In this document: positions 30,361-40,426 of the stretch, in pieces | Position numbering within the stretch: the first letter of the stretch is position 1 | Layout of the letters: each line of letters starts with the position of its first letter | NCBI GenBank assembly: GCA_045862955.1 | Contig: BTVI01000004.1 | Location: 1 to 64,000, forward strand | Origin: Fimbriimonadales bacterium | GTDB taxonomy: Bacteria > Armatimonadota > Fimbriimonadia > Fimbriimonadales > JABRVX01 | Length of the DNA: 64,000 nucleotides | Direction: 5' to 3' | Notes under the pieces: generated by a model | Seen by the model: only the letters and a program-made list of their open reading frames with translations | What the model was told of the DNA's origin: nothing | The model's database searches: none | Made by a program: the position numbers and the translations under genes

Positions 30361-31891
30361 CGTCGCGCATTGGCAGTGGCCGCGCTGCTACTGCATCCAA
30401 CCTCCCGCTGAGCCATCCGTTTCGAAGCCGTTCTTGGCGCCGAGTGACTTCGGCCATCGGTGTGACCGAAACGGACGCCACTCTGTCCTTCTCATCCGCC
30501 CGAGTCGTGCATCGTATGCCCAGCGCGGCGAAGACCTCTCGGAACGGTAGCTCCTCGGTGCTACGCGCCACTTTGTCATAGAATGGACCCATCTCCGGCC
30601 CGCCCAGTTCGATGCATGCATCGCGGATGCCGTCCTCCGGAAAGCCTGGCCCCCTGCCTCTGCCGCACCTCTCATAGAGCAACCGCATCACGTCGTCCAG
30701 GCTACGCCGTCCGTCCGTAAGGTCGCGTATCTTCAGGTCGAGGCACAAGCCTACCAACTTGCCCTTAAGGTAGTAGTTGAGGCCGCCGTAGCCTGAGTGT
30801 GCTCCGCCTTCCCACGTGCGAAGGGAACACTCGTCAGCCGATACGGTGAGACGCGAAGGATTCTGCTGCAGTTGTAGGATGTCGCGGCCCCACGTCGCAT
30901 AGAAGTCGTCTCGCCCGAGGAGACCCGCGCGATGGTTCAGAAGCGTAGTGTAATAGTCCGTCACGCCCTCGCTCCACCACAGGTTGCGTGTGAGCGCTGG
31001 CCCAGTATAGTCGAAGGGGCCTAGCACTGCCGGCCGGATGCGCTTCACGTTCCACAGGTGGAAGAACTCGTGTGCGATGACGTGGATCACGCGTGGTCCC
31101 AACCCGGCCGACATCCAGATGCTGGTAGAGTTGAGATGCTCCAGCCCTCCGCCTCCATCGGCACCAGGGCGGACAGAGAAGAGAAACACATAACGTCGAT
31201 AGGGGATATCGCCGAAAAACGCAGTCTGACACTCGGCGATGCGCTTACACACCTCCACCAGCCGCTTCCGATCTACCTGGTCGGCTCCTTCGCCGAAGGT
31301 GACGCACTGATGGATCACTCCTCGCACCTTGAATTCGTCTACGTTGAAGTGCCCGAGCTGTGCGGGTGCATCAGCGAGCACATCATAGTTGGGAGCACGA
31401 TAGGTGTTCTGTCCAGCCGGGTCGAGCCCGATGGCCACGCGCCACCCGACGGGAATCGCGAATCGCACCGAGCAGGGTTCGTCCTTCCTGTCCACGACAT
31501 ACATGTAGGTGGACGGACCGGCCACCTGAAGTCCGGAGTTAGGTATCGCCTCTCGTGTAACTTTGTATGTTAGTGTTAGCTTCCGCTGGCCGCGTGTAGC
31601 AACGGACCATGTGATGTCGTCTTCCCGCGTAACAATTAGATCCGAGCCGTCCGCGCCTCGCGCTTTCACGTCTGCGATCGCCTGGAAGTGGCGCTGGCGG
31701 ACGTATGCACCGGGTGTCCAGGAGGGTATCTGGAATCGAACAAGACCCTCTTTGACCGAAGCGACAACCTCGACACCGACGTACGTTTGACCGGGCGCTG
31801 CAGACACCGTGTACTCGACGACGGCATACGCGCCGGCCCACAGCAACAGCACGAGGCTGCCAGCTGCGGCGCGCAGAATATATCTCGTCAA
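30317..31891 (-). CDS. M61 family (glycyl aminopeptidase-like) metallopeptidase
   Basis: PSWTPGAY, GGLEH, AHEFFHLWNVKRIRP, LWWSEGVTDYY, YYLKG; signal peptide. Confidence 0.92.
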   Translation of the reverse strand: MTRYILRAAAGSLVLLLWAGAYAVVEYTVSAAPGQTYVGVEVVASVKEGLVRFQIPSWTPGAYVRQRHFQAIADVKARGADGSDLIVTREDDITWSVATRGQRKLTLTYKVTREAIPNSGLQVAGPSTYMYVVDRKDEPCSVRFAIPVGWRVAIGLDPAGQNTYRAPNYDVLADAPAQLGHFNVDEFKVRGVIHQCVTFGEGADQVDRKRLVEVCKRIAECQTAFFGDIPYRRYVFLFSVRPGADGGGGLEHLNSTSIWMSAGLGPRVIHVIAHEFFHLWNVKRIRPAVLGPFDYTGPALTRNLWWSEGVTDYYTTLLNHRAGLLGRDDFYATWGRDILQLQQNPSRLTVSADECSLRTWEGGAHSGYGGLNYYLKGKLVGLCLDLKIRDLTDGRRSLDDVMRLLYERCGRGRGPGFPEDGIRDACIELGGPEMGPFYDKVARSTEELPFREVFAALGIRCTTRADEKDRVASVSVTPMAEVTRRQERLRNGWLSGRLDAVAARPLPMRDVSSLPARPASATAW

Positions 31892-31895
31892 TCTG

Positions 31896-34583
31896 TTAGT
31901 CCTTCTTCCCCGGGGTTGCTGCTCTTACGGTGATCTCCGCGAGCTGCCCCCCACGCTCGCTTCGATTCACGATCCGCACATATCGTCCTCGCACCGGCTC
32001 GGCCCGGTACGCGAGGCGCCACCACTCATGTTCGCTCGAATCGACGTCCCGCTTGTGCCCTATGCTCCACTGCCAGTTAGCTTCCGCGGCGAACGGCACG
32101 GCCGACCCCTCGGGTCCCGTCCCTGCAAGGACATAGATGTCGAAGGTGCTCCAGAAATCACCTTGGCGCCCGTAGGCATGGAGCGTCACCTCACCTACGT
32201 CATACTCGCCACCCAGGTCTATTGTCACCGAGGCATTCGCGGTCGCAGGAATCGGGTAGGTGGTCTTCGGATCTCCATCCGTCAGAACGCGTGGGGCTTC
32301 CGTACTAGCCCATGACACGCTGACTGGTCGGCCCTCTGCCACGTTTTTCGTCTCGAGGGGGCGCGGGCAGAGGGCGAAGTGCACATCTTTGATGAGCACG
32401 TTCTCGGCACCGCGATAGTGAGCCGTGACCAGCTCCCACAGTTTCAGGAGCTGCCATTCGACCTGCCCGGCATATTCGATACGTATCAGGAACACCCCAT
32501 TGCCACCTACCACGTCGATACGGCCGAACGGGTTGGCTCGCAGCACGTGACCGGTCAGCGTCTTGAACTCCCGCTGCTCACCGGTTGGCCTGTTCGGCAG
32601 GCGGAACACACCCGTCTCGTCGGTCTCACCCTCGAACGCTGGGGGCTCGTCCTTGAACTGCCCGCCGTTGAGCTGGTAGAAGGTGAGCTTGGCGTTCGGC
32701 ACGGGCTTGCCCCCACCATCCAGAGCGCGCAGAAAGATGAGCGGAGGCAGGTCGTACAGGAATTCGCCGTAGAAGCCGCGGCGGTAGCCGAGATTCGAGT
32801 TCAGGCCACCAACGTCCAGCCCTGCGTACAATCCGGTCGGCTCGAACAGGCGAAACTCTAGCCGGCTGTCTCGAACAGGTTCGTTGCGGATCGCGAGGAA
32901 GCCCGGAACTACCGTGTCGTTCCGCGTGTCGCCCCCGCCCATCAGCCCTCCGTAGGGGTCTATGTTGCCCCTCGTTACGACATGCTCGCCGCCTGCTTTT
33001 AGCCGCACCTTGCCCCGTTCGCCATTCGGCAAGCTCGCGTCGACGTTCATCACGTAGATGTCCATCAGGCCGATCTGGTGGCTGCACTCGTGGATGAGCG
33101 CCCCGTCGAGGTTGGTTCGGATATAGTCACAGTAGCGACGCACGTTGTCGGGGTCCTCCTCGGACCACTCGAAGCCCCACTCGCCGTCGTAGTTGAAGTC
33201 GGTCTTGCCGCCCGGGATATGGTTGCCGCCAGACAGCGTGCCATCGGGTACCACGGTGATGCGCTGAATACGGACTCGCTCCAAGCAGCCATCGGGGGCG
33301 AAGGAGAACTTCGAGTTGGCCATGTACACCTCGTTCCAGAGTGAGAACTGCCACTGAATCCAGTCCTCGAAGCTGTAGCTGCCCAATCCGTTCAGTTTGG
33401 ATGCCAGGTAGTCGGCCACCGACTTCTCGCACCAGATGCCTAAGTTGAGGCCGTGCGAATAGATGCTGAGGCGGTTGTTGTTACGTGTGACCTCCGGCGT
33501 CGTGGTCTCGACTTCCAGTGCGACCGTGCGAATGCGATGATCCGAGTGGTCGTTCACCCAGATGGCTGGGATCTCCAACACCACCGTCTCGCCGGGCTGC
33601 ACTGCTCCCGTGTGCTCCCCGGATCGCACCTCCTTGCCGTTGATGGACCAAGTGTATCGGAAACCGTTCACGGCCCCCTGCAACGCCTGGTTGCGCACGT
33701 GACCACGATACGTCACCAACGATCCGTCTGCCGGCCACTTCGGATCGGAGGCGAAGCCAGGCTTGTCCATAATGCCTACCGGGGTGCCCCGGTCGTCCTT
33801 TTGCGTGTAGGCGTTCGTCGGGTCATAGCGCTTGAACTCCGGCAGGCGTTCGATGTACGCCACTGTCAGGTCCGGGCCGCGGGGCGGCTCCTCGGCATCC
33901 GTGAAGCTGATCTCCAGTGCCGGTCTGCCAGCCACTGCTTCCGAGGACGCAAACTGGACCCCGGCTTGTTGCACCACGACCACCCAGCCGAAGTTGGTGT
34001 ACTCGCGGTCGTACCAGCCCTGAACGTCCGCCTCCAACCCCGCGAGTTCGAAAGTGGACGCGCCGGTCGAGGGTCGCAGCGCCGCGGATGCCTTCTCGAC
34101 GAAGTCTTTGCCCCCCGCGCTACAGCCAGCGGTTGCCCAGCGCTCGCCCGAGAGCGCGCTCGGCGAAAACCGAAAGTCCCAGGTTGCCGACCATGGAGAC
34201 TTCGTGCCCGTCTTGCTCCGCCGTCGTCCGTACCCCTCATGCCAATCGGCAAGCACCCGATGCAAGCGTATCTCTCGCGGAGTCGCCCCGCCAGCTGACG
34301 TCAGGATCAGCTTCGCTCCGGTTATCCGCTTGCCGGGACCAATGGCTCGGCGAAGATCGGTGAATCGGATCAGCGCACGGCTTTCGGGCCCGACCTCGAG
34401 GACCGGCTCGGCCCCGTAGTTGCCTTCCTTGTCGCCCTTCACCAAGTAGGTGTCGCTGCAGTTCCAGTACTTGTAGGGCTGCGCATCCCGCACCCGCAGT
34501 TCGGCCCCGTCCTGCAAGAGGACGCTGCTCGTGGCGGGGCCTTGTGCTGCGATCAGCGAACAAGCTAGAGCGAATAACAGCAT
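31896..34583 (-). CDS. Large secreted multidomain protein with HExxH metallopeptidase motif
   Basis: Signal peptide; DNRLRE-like N-domain (DTYL..NYG..ALIRF..GAKL); PDL..NN Ig-like domain; HECSHQIGLMD; C-terminal discoidin-like domain. Confidence 0.7.
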   Translation of the reverse strand: MLLFALACSLIAAQGPATSSVLLQDGAELRVRDAQPYKYWNCSDTYLVKGDKEGNYGAEPVLEVGPESRALIRFTDLRRAIGPGKRITGAKLILTSAGGATPREIRLHRVLADWHEGYGRRRSKTGTKSPWSATWDFRFSPSALSGERWATAGCSAGGKDFVEKASAALRPSTGASTFELAGLEADVQGWYDREYTNFGWVVVVQQAGVQFASSEAVAGRPALEISFTDAEEPPRGPDLTVAYIERLPEFKRYDPTNAYTQKDDRGTPVGIMDKPGFASDPKWPADGSLVTYRGHVRNQALQGAVNGFRYTWSINGKEVRSGEHTGAVQPGETVVLEIPAIWVNDHSDHRIRTVALEVETTTPEVTRNNNRLSIYSHGLNLGIWCEKSVADYLASKLNGLGSYSFEDWIQWQFSLWNEVYMANSKFSFAPDGCLERVRIQRITVVPDGTLSGGNHIPGGKTDFNYDGEWGFEWSEEDPDNVRRYCDYIRTNLDGALIHECSHQIGLMDIYVMNVDASLPNGERGKVRLKAGGEHVVTRGNIDPYGGLMGGGDTRNDTVVPGFLAIRNEPVRDSRLEFRLFEPTGLYAGLDVGGLNSNLGYRRGFYGEFLYDLPPLIFLRALDGGGKPVPNAKLTFYQLNGGQFKDEPPAFEGETDETGVFRLPNRPTGEQREFKTLTGHVLRANPFGRIDVVGGNGVFLIRIEYAGQVEWQLLKLWELVTAHYRGAENVLIKDVHFALCPRPLETKNVAEGRPVSVSWASTEAPRVLTDGDPKTTYPIPATANASVTIDLGGEYDVGEVTLHAYGRQGDFWSTFDIYVLAGTGPEGSAVPFAAEANWQWSIGHKRDVDSSEHEWWRLAYRAEPVRGRYVRIVNRSERGGQLAEITVRAATPGKKD

Positions 34584-34706
34584 CGAGTCACCTCTCGTCC
34601 CTTCCTCGTCAGCAGGGATTCAAGCCGCCCGGACCACGCTCCTGCCGTATCGCTGCAAGAGCAGCCTGCTGAGATGCAGCATCCCGGCACCGAGATACCT
34701 GCTTAC

Positions 34707-35675
34707 CTATCCAATAACCTCACGGAGAAGCCACGCCGCATACGTGCAGTAGACCAACACGAGGATGGCACCCTCGTACCGGTTGATTACACCGCGACGG
34801 CCGAACCCATATCCGATGGCAAACAGAAACAGCGTCAACCCGCCCATCACCATTCCATCGCGAAGCAGCACATCTCGATGCATCTCCTGGGGGTGGATCA
34901 CCGAGGCCACCCCGACAACGGCTAAGGTGTTGAAGATGTTGGACCCGATCACGTTGCCCAGTGCGAGATTGAGTTCCCCTTTTCGAGCGGCGACGACGGA
35001 GGAAGCCAACTCCGGCAGGGACGTACCAGCGGCCACGATCGTCAGACCAACGATCAGCTCGCTGACCCCCAAGCCGCGTGCGAGGCTCTCCGCTCCCCAC
35101 ACCAAGACTCGTGAGCTGACAACCAGCGTAACGAGTCCGACGAGGGTCCAGACCAAAGCAATCAGTGGTCGCGCTGGGCTGGGGGCGTATTCCGTCTCAG
35201 TCTCCGCGGCTACGGGATCGGTTCCCTCTTTGCGCCCCAGTCGCCAGAGCCACACCATCACCACCCCGAACACGCTGAGGAGAACCAACCCTTCTGCTCT
35301 GCTGAGCTCGCCGTCCGCTAGCTGGCCGAGCGCGAGCAGCGTGACCAGAGCTAGGACGGGCAGTTCCCTGAGCAGAAGCCGCGACGTCACTGCGATTGGG
35401 TGTATGAGGGAGGTGATGCCCAAAACCAAGGCGATGTTGAAGATGTTCGAACCGTAGGCATTCCCGACTGCCAGAGAGGTCTGACGGTCCGCCGCAGCGA
35501 TCGCGGAGACCAGTAGCTCCGGGGCGGAGGTGCCGAAGCCGACCACCAGCATCCCGATGGCTAGTGGAGAAGCATTCAGCGAACGTGCGAGCGCCGCCGC
35601 ACCGTGGACGAAGCGCTCTGCACTCCAAGCCAGCAACAGGAGTCCAACGATGATACAGAGGATGGCTGCGGACAC
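34707..35675 (-). CDS. Calcium/sodium antiporter (YrbG-like)
   Basis: Two alpha repeats GTSAPE..GSNIFN and GTSLPE..GSNIFN; GTG start after TATCAT. Confidence 0.93.
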   Translation of the reverse strand: MSAAILCIIVGLLLLAWSAERFVHGAAALARSLNASPLAIGMLVVGFGTSAPELLVSAIAAADRQTSLAVGNAYGSNIFNIALVLGITSLIHPIAVTSRLLLRELPVLALVTLLALGQLADGELSRAEGLVLLSVFGVVMVWLWRLGRKEGTDPVAAETETEYAPSPARPLIALVWTLVGLVTLVVSSRVLVWGAESLARGLGVSELIVGLTIVAAGTSLPELASSVVAARKGELNLALGNVIGSNIFNTLAVVGVASVIHPQEMHRDVLLRDGMVMGGLTLFLFAIGYGFGRRGVINRYEGAILVLVYCTYAAWLLREVIG

Positions 35676-35897
35676 CCACCCATGATAGACCACGAGAGGC
35701 CGTCAGCCGAGGAGTCAGGGGGCCTCGGTCCCAGGCTGGCAGCCGTACCAGGGACCGGCCGGCCGGGCTTGTCGAAGAGGTGATGAGCTGCATCGAGCGG
35801 GACATGCGCGTGGTGCCCCGCGCGGTGTTCGGCTGCAGGTGATTCGCTTGGAGATGGCGCCTTGCGGACTCGGGCCAGGGCTCACAACAGGTTACCG

Positions 35898-36287
35898 TTA
35901 CCGGTTGATCGGGAGCATAACGGCTACCACGAAGGCGAAACACGCGGCTAGTAAGCCCACGAAAAGCACCGTCAGAGGCCTCGCGCTCACTGCGAGTACC
36001 AACCTGCCGTAACCGGCCGGCCACAAGAGAGCTATCACGCCCTTGGCCACCGCCACTGTACCGAGGATCCCCGCGAAAGCGTTGTAAAGCGCCGAGTCGG
36101 TCGGCTCCGCTGTTAGCAGCAGCGCTCCCACGGCTGCGGCTACAATGCCTCCGATGCGAAGGGCGGGTGTGAATGCGGAGTACGACTGCAGTAGCCTCAC
36201 TGAGAGCCTGGGAGCTAACAGCAGAGGAAGTGCCGCGATGCCGACGATGAACGCCAGGGCCCGCACCGCGTCGTAGGTACTCAGCAT
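35898..36287 (-). CDS. Small four-TM membrane protein
   Basis: GGGGAGG RBS, four hydrophobic segments, 129 aa, just downstream of the tRNA. Confidence 0.7.
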   Translation of the reverse strand: MLSTYDAVRALAFIVGIAALPLLLAPRLSVRLLQSYSAFTPALRIGGIVAAAVGALLLTAEPTDSALYNAFAGILGTVAVAKGVIALLWPAGYGRLVLAVSARPLTVLFVGLLAACFAFVVAVMLPINR

Positions 36288-36315
36288 GCCGTCCTCCCCG
36301 TGCCCGTGGGTCAGG

Positions 36316-36403
36316 TGGCGGAGCGAGAGGGATTCGAACCCCCGTCCCGTTGCCGGGATACGGTTTTCAAGACCGTCGCCATCGACCACTCGGCCATCGC
36401 TCC
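36316..36403 (-). tRNA. tRNA-Ser (anticodon UGA)
   Basis: GGAGCGA acceptor stem, ACGGT-CT-TGA-AA-ACCGT anticodon arm, long variable arm, GGTTCGAATCC, encoded CCA; 88 nt. Confidence 0.97.
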
Positions 36404-36425
36404 GCTTCTCTCAGCATCCGGCAGG

Positions 36426-37550
36426 TCACTTCTTCGCGTACGGAGCGCAGAGTGGGTCGCCGATCACCACGTCCTTCCACTTCAGGAGCGGTGTCGCCAT
36501 GTAGAAGCTTTCGGCCAGATTGTACCCATCGGTATAACGGTCGAAAAGGATGTCCGCAGGGCACAAGCCGATGGTATAGGGCTCGGAGACGTATCCCTTG
36601 ATTCCCGTGACACCGGCCGCGATCAAGTCGGCAATCAGGCTCTGACCGCCGCTCGTCGGCCAGAAGGTTCGCCCGCTGGTGCTGACCGCCGTCTCGCAGA
36701 TCGCCCCCGGCAGGAACTGCATGCTCTTGTATCCCTGGCTGTCGAATGCGTAGTCGTTACTTCCCCAGGAGTAGTAGCCCGCCAAGCCGCTCTTTCGGCC
36801 CATGAAGGTCTCCGTCTCATCGAGGTAGACGTCGAAGCCCCGCGCTTTGAGGATGGCAGCCGCGTTCCGCATGGACTTATTCACTTCGTCGTATCCGCCA
36901 CCCTTACGCTTGGGGTCGATGTCCAACAAGAAGAGCCCTCGATTCGGCTTTGCCGCCAGCGAGTTGTCCACTAGCCTCTTCGCGTCCTCCACCGAGTAGC
37001 CGTCCAGCCGAGTGACCAGGTAGAAGCCGTACTTCTTGTGGCTGAAAGACTCTCGCTTGGCGAAGTACGGGTTCTGAGACCTCTGGAAGCTCTCGACCTT
37101 GGTATCCGCGATGGGAGCGAACTTTAGGTCCATGGCGCCTAGGAATGCGTCCACCGAGTACCCGCCTTCCTTGATCCGGATGGGAGTGCCCTTGGCCAAT
37201 ACGATGAAGTCGATCTTGCCCTTGAGCGCGGCCGATTCGAGCGCGCGCCTAACCGGTGCCTCGATATGCATCTGGTATCCGGCCAGGCCGATCTCTTCCG
37301 CTGGGCTGACGTCTATCTCCACCACGTTCGACGCGGGAATGCCGCGCTTCGCGACGTAGTAGTCGGAGATCTGCTTCCCCATCGTGCTTCCTACGTTCCG
37401 CACGACGAGAACACGGTCCGTCGGACCCGCGACTACCGGCGAGAGAGGGACGGGCTGCACCTGCTGCTGTGGCTCGCTCGTACAGCCCCCGAGCAACAAC
37501 AGGCCCGATAACACGAGGAGATGGGCGAACGCGGCGCGAGATCGACTCAT
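36426..37550 (-). CDS. TIGR03790-like lipoprotein (exosortase/PEP-CTERM-associated family)
   Basis: Lipobox LGGC; YLVTRLDG, GYYSWGSND, FLPGAICET..STSGR, QSLIADLI, GYVSEP, IGDPL. Confidence 0.8.
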   Translation of the reverse strand: MSRSRAAFAHLLVLSGLLLLGGCTSEPQQQVQPVPLSPVVAGPTDRVLVVRNVGSTMGKQISDYYVAKRGIPASNVVEIDVSPAEEIGLAGYQMHIEAPVRRALESAALKGKIDFIVLAKGTPIRIKEGGYSVDAFLGAMDLKFAPIADTKVESFQRSQNPYFAKRESFSHKKYGFYLVTRLDGYSVEDAKRLVDNSLAAKPNRGLFLLDIDPKRKGGGYDEVNKSMRNAAAILKARGFDVYLDETETFMGRKSGLAGYYSWGSNDYAFDSQGYKSMQFLPGAICETAVSTSGRTFWPTSGGQSLIADLIAAGVTGIKGYVSEPYTIGLCPADILFDRYTDGYNLAESFYMATPLLKWKDVVIGDPLCAPYAKK

Positions 37551-37615
37551 GCTAACCTATACGTCGCTTTCGCGCGACACCGCGCCAGGCTCGGCAAGTT
37601 GGCTTGTCAACACGA

Positions 37616-38713
37616 CTAGGCACGGCGCAGCATCTGCCGGAGCTCGGTCGCGATGCCGGCGTAATCCAGGGCGGTTTCCTCCGTGATTACGCCCTCCTTC
37701 ACGTACTTCAGCAGGCACTGGTTCATCGTCTGCATTCCCCAGAAGCCGCCTTCCGCGATGGCGTGGTAGATCTCCCCGAAGTGCCCGTCTTCGATGAGCT
37801 TCGCGATGGTGGGCGTGCACACCATGATCTCGACGGCTGCCACACGGTTGTTGCCGTCTGCCGTCGGAACCAGTTTCTGCGCGACGATGGCCCGCAGCGA
37901 GTTCGCGAGCCGCTGGCTCAAGAACTGCTTCTCGTGCGGCGGGAACATGTTGATGATACGGTCGAGGGTCTCCTGAGCGCTGGGAGTGTGGACCGTGGAG
38001 AAGACCAAGTGCCCCGTCTCCGATGCCTGCATAGCCACCACCATCGTTTCGGGGTCGCGCATCTCGCCGATTAGAATGACGTCCGGACTCTCGCGCACCA
38101 CGGCTCGCAGCGCAACCTGAAAGTTCTCCGTGTCGATCCCGACTTCGCGCTGGCTGACGATGGCCTGCTGGTCGGCGTGCACGAATTCGATGGGGTCCTC
38201 GATGGTAACGATGTGGCAGCGCCGCACGCGATTGATGATGTCAATCATCGCGGCCAGCGTGGTGGACTTACCACACCCGGTGGGACCGGTGATTAGGATT
38301 AGGCCCTGGCGGCTCTTGCACATCTCGGCGAGGATGGGTGGCATGCCGAGTTGTTCTAGCGTGTAGATATTGAGCGGGATGATGCGGAACACGCCCGCTA
38401 CCCGCTGCCGCTCCATGTAGATGTTGGCGCGGACGCGCGCGACGGGCTCCACAGTAAACGCCAGGTCGAGCTCGGGGTGGTGCTCGAAGCGGCTAATCTG
38501 CTCGTGGCTCAAGCAGTTGTAGCAGAGGCGCTTCGTGTCGGCGGGGGTCAGCTCCGGCAATCCCTCGATTGCCCGGATCTTGCCTGCCACACGCATCGAG
38601 GGCGGCGAGCCGACTTTGATAAACACGTCTGAAGCGCGCGCATCGAATCCTATGCGGATGAAGTCGGGAATCTCCATCTGGGTGATGTCTTTTTGGGCTA
38701 CATCAACGGACAT
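37616..38713 (-). CDS. pilT: Type IV pilus retraction ATPase PilT/PilU
   Basis: GPTGCGKSTTLAAM, TIEDPIEF, QREVG, PDVILIGEMRD, ETGHLVFSTVHT, GMQTM. Confidence 0.92.
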   Translation of the reverse strand: MSVDVAQKDITQMEIPDFIRIGFDARASDVFIKVGSPPSMRVAGKIRAIEGLPELTPADTKRLCYNCLSHEQISRFEHHPELDLAFTVEPVARVRANIYMERQRVAGVFRIIPLNIYTLEQLGMPPILAEMCKSRQGLILITGPTGCGKSTTLAAMIDIINRVRRCHIVTIEDPIEFVHADQQAIVSQREVGIDTENFQVALRAVVRESPDVILIGEMRDPETMVVAMQASETGHLVFSTVHTPSAQETLDRIINMFPPHEKQFLSQRLANSLRAIVAQKLVPTADGNNRVAAVEIMVCTPTIAKLIEDGHFGEIYHAIAEGGFWGMQTMNQCLLKYVKEGVITEETALDYAGIATELRQMLRRA

Positions 38714-38741
38714 GCTCACCAAACCTCCGGCCTCGGTAACG

Positions 38742-39449
38742 TTACCTGCCCTCACCACCGGCCGATAGCCGTAGCACGTAGTATACCAACACGCCTACGA
38801 GCACCGAACCTCCAATCGCGATGAGGATGTACATCCCGAGCGGGCGCGGCCTCCGAGCGGGTTGCTCCTGCTCCGGCGGCGGGGCCGTGAAGATGGAGGG
38901 AATGACGACCTCCTTCGGGTCGGTCGCCGAGACGTGAACGAACATGTGCACGTTGTCTGGCCCCGCCACCGCACTCATGGTTGCCGCCTCGCTCTTGAAC
39001 GTCCCGAAGCCACGATACGGGAACGACGGCACCAGCCAAAGCACGTCCATGTCCTTCAGCTCGTACAGCGCTCGGGCCACCGCCTGTACGTCCAGAGCTC
39101 CCGTTTTGCGGTCCACGATGCCGTGCGTGGTTAGGACCCACCGAGTAATGACCATCGCTTTCCCGTCCGGCATGGGCACCTTTCGCTCGGACACTGTGGA
39201 AGAGAGAAGTGGACGTCCCGAGTACGTCCGCCAGGCCTCTGCGTGTCTGTCGATCGCTGCCCGGTTATAGTTGGGCTCTACGAACGAAACAGTGAGTTCT
39301 GCGGTGCCGGACTGCTGCTCCCTGATCTCGACAATGGCACGAGCACGTTGGAAGCCCTCCGGAATGGGAACCAGGCCATCGCCCGTCTGGGTGAAGGCGG
39401 GGGCGTAGATGCAGATTACGAGAGTTAAGGCAGCAATAATGCGCATCAT
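38742..39449 (-). CDS. Hypothetical exported protein with C-terminal TM anchor
   Basis: Signal peptide, Pro-rich linker, C-terminal hydrophobic helix; co-oriented with pilT. Confidence 0.7.
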   Translation of the reverse strand: MMRIIAALTLVICIYAPAFTQTGDGLVPIPEGFQRARAIVEIREQQSGTAELTVSFVEPNYNRAAIDRHAEAWRTYSGRPLLSSTVSERKVPMPDGKAMVITRWVLTTHGIVDRKTGALDVQAVARALYELKDMDVLWLVPSFPYRGFGTFKSEAATMSAVAGPDNVHMFVHVSATDPKEVVIPSIFTAPPPEQEQPARRPRPLGMYILIAIGGSVLVGVLVYYVLRLSAGGEGR

Positions 39450-39499
39450 GCGTCCTAGCTGCGGCTCTAGGCTCAGTGGGCAGGCGGGGCCGCGCAGGA

Positions 39500-40426
39500 A
39501 TGATACCGTGCCAGATCGAATCGAGCCTCGTGGCCGTTCCTTCCCCTCCCCGAATTCTCGTTCATGGCACCTTCTGCCTGGACCGCGTTCTCCGAGTTCC
39601 TCGCCTGCCTGTCGGGGGCTATGTCGAGATAACCGAGGAGACCTGGGGACTCGGGGGGGAGGCAGCGAACACGGTCGCTAGCTTGGTGAAGTGGGGGGCT
39701 CCCGTCCGCTTCGTGCCCAACCCGATTGGCACCGACCCAGACAGCGAACGGCTGCTGCAGCTGGCCGAGCAAGCGGGACTTCCTCTCGATTACGCCACCA
39801 GGGAGCCGGACGCCACGGTTCCAGTCTGCCAGATATACGTGACTCCCGACGGCGAGCGCACGATGTTCGGGCAGGGGTTCTCGAATTTGGCCGAAGGAGA
39901 GTTGCAGCCCTTCGACTGCAGCGGCTGCGGGTGGTTCACGACGGACTCCAACTTCGGTGCACTAGGAGCCAAGGCGCTGGCTCACGCAAGGAAGTGCGGG
40001 CTCTACACGGTGGCGATGGACTACACCCACAAGGACGACCCGCCGCTCGCAGATCTCCATCTGACTTCTCGGGACTGGCTCCAGGAGCCGCCGAGCGAGT
40101 GGGCGAGGCGGACAAGTCAGACCGTCCTGCTCACGAAGGGCATGGAAGGCTGCGAGCTGCACGGCCCCGAGGGGTGTCGCGTCTTCCCCGCTTATCCGGC
40201 TCGACGGGTGATTGACACCACGGGTGCCGGTGACTGCTTCCGGGCGGGACTGCTCTACGGCCTTCAGCAGGGCCAGTCCCTTTGCGCCGCCATTCGATTT
40301 GCCTCGGCGGCAGCCTCCCTGAGCGTGGCAGAACTAGGCGCCTGCGGAGGAATCCCGACGTTGGACCAGGTTCTGCGTGTGATCGAGGAATACGAGGAGG
40401 TTTCAGCGAGATTTGATCAAGCCTAG
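39500..40426 (+). CDS. PfkB-family carbohydrate kinase
   Basis: GGEAAN, GERTM, TKGMEG, IDTTGAGDCF; start uncertain. Confidence 0.9.
   Translation: MIPCQIESSLVAVPSPPRILVHGTFCLDRVLRVPRLPVGGYVEITEETWGLGGEAANTVASLVKWGAPVRFVPNPIGTDPDSERLLQLAEQAGLPLDYATREPDATVPVCQIYVTPDGERTMFGQGFSNLAEGELQPFDCSGCGWFTTDSNFGALGAKALAHARKCGLYTVAMDYTHKDDPPLADLHLTSRDWLQEPPSEWARRTSQTVLLTKGMEGCELHGPEGCRVFPAYPARRVIDTTGAGDCFRAGLLYGLQQGQSLCAAIRFASAAASLSVAELGACGGIPTLDQVLRVIEEYEEVSARFDQA

Noticed and set aside
35700..35897. Hairpins and a short ORF (VEEVMSCIERDMRVVP..) between the antiporter and the membrane protein
   Set aside because: GC-rich pairings and a very short frame with no supporting motif
36316..36403. tRNA-Sec, given the selenoprotein candidate
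   Set aside because: Anticodon is UGA (reads Ser UCA), not UCA, and the acceptor stem is 7 bp
35700..36403. Genomic island integrated at tRNA-Ser
   Set aside because: No integrase and no duplicated tRNA 3' end seen in the window
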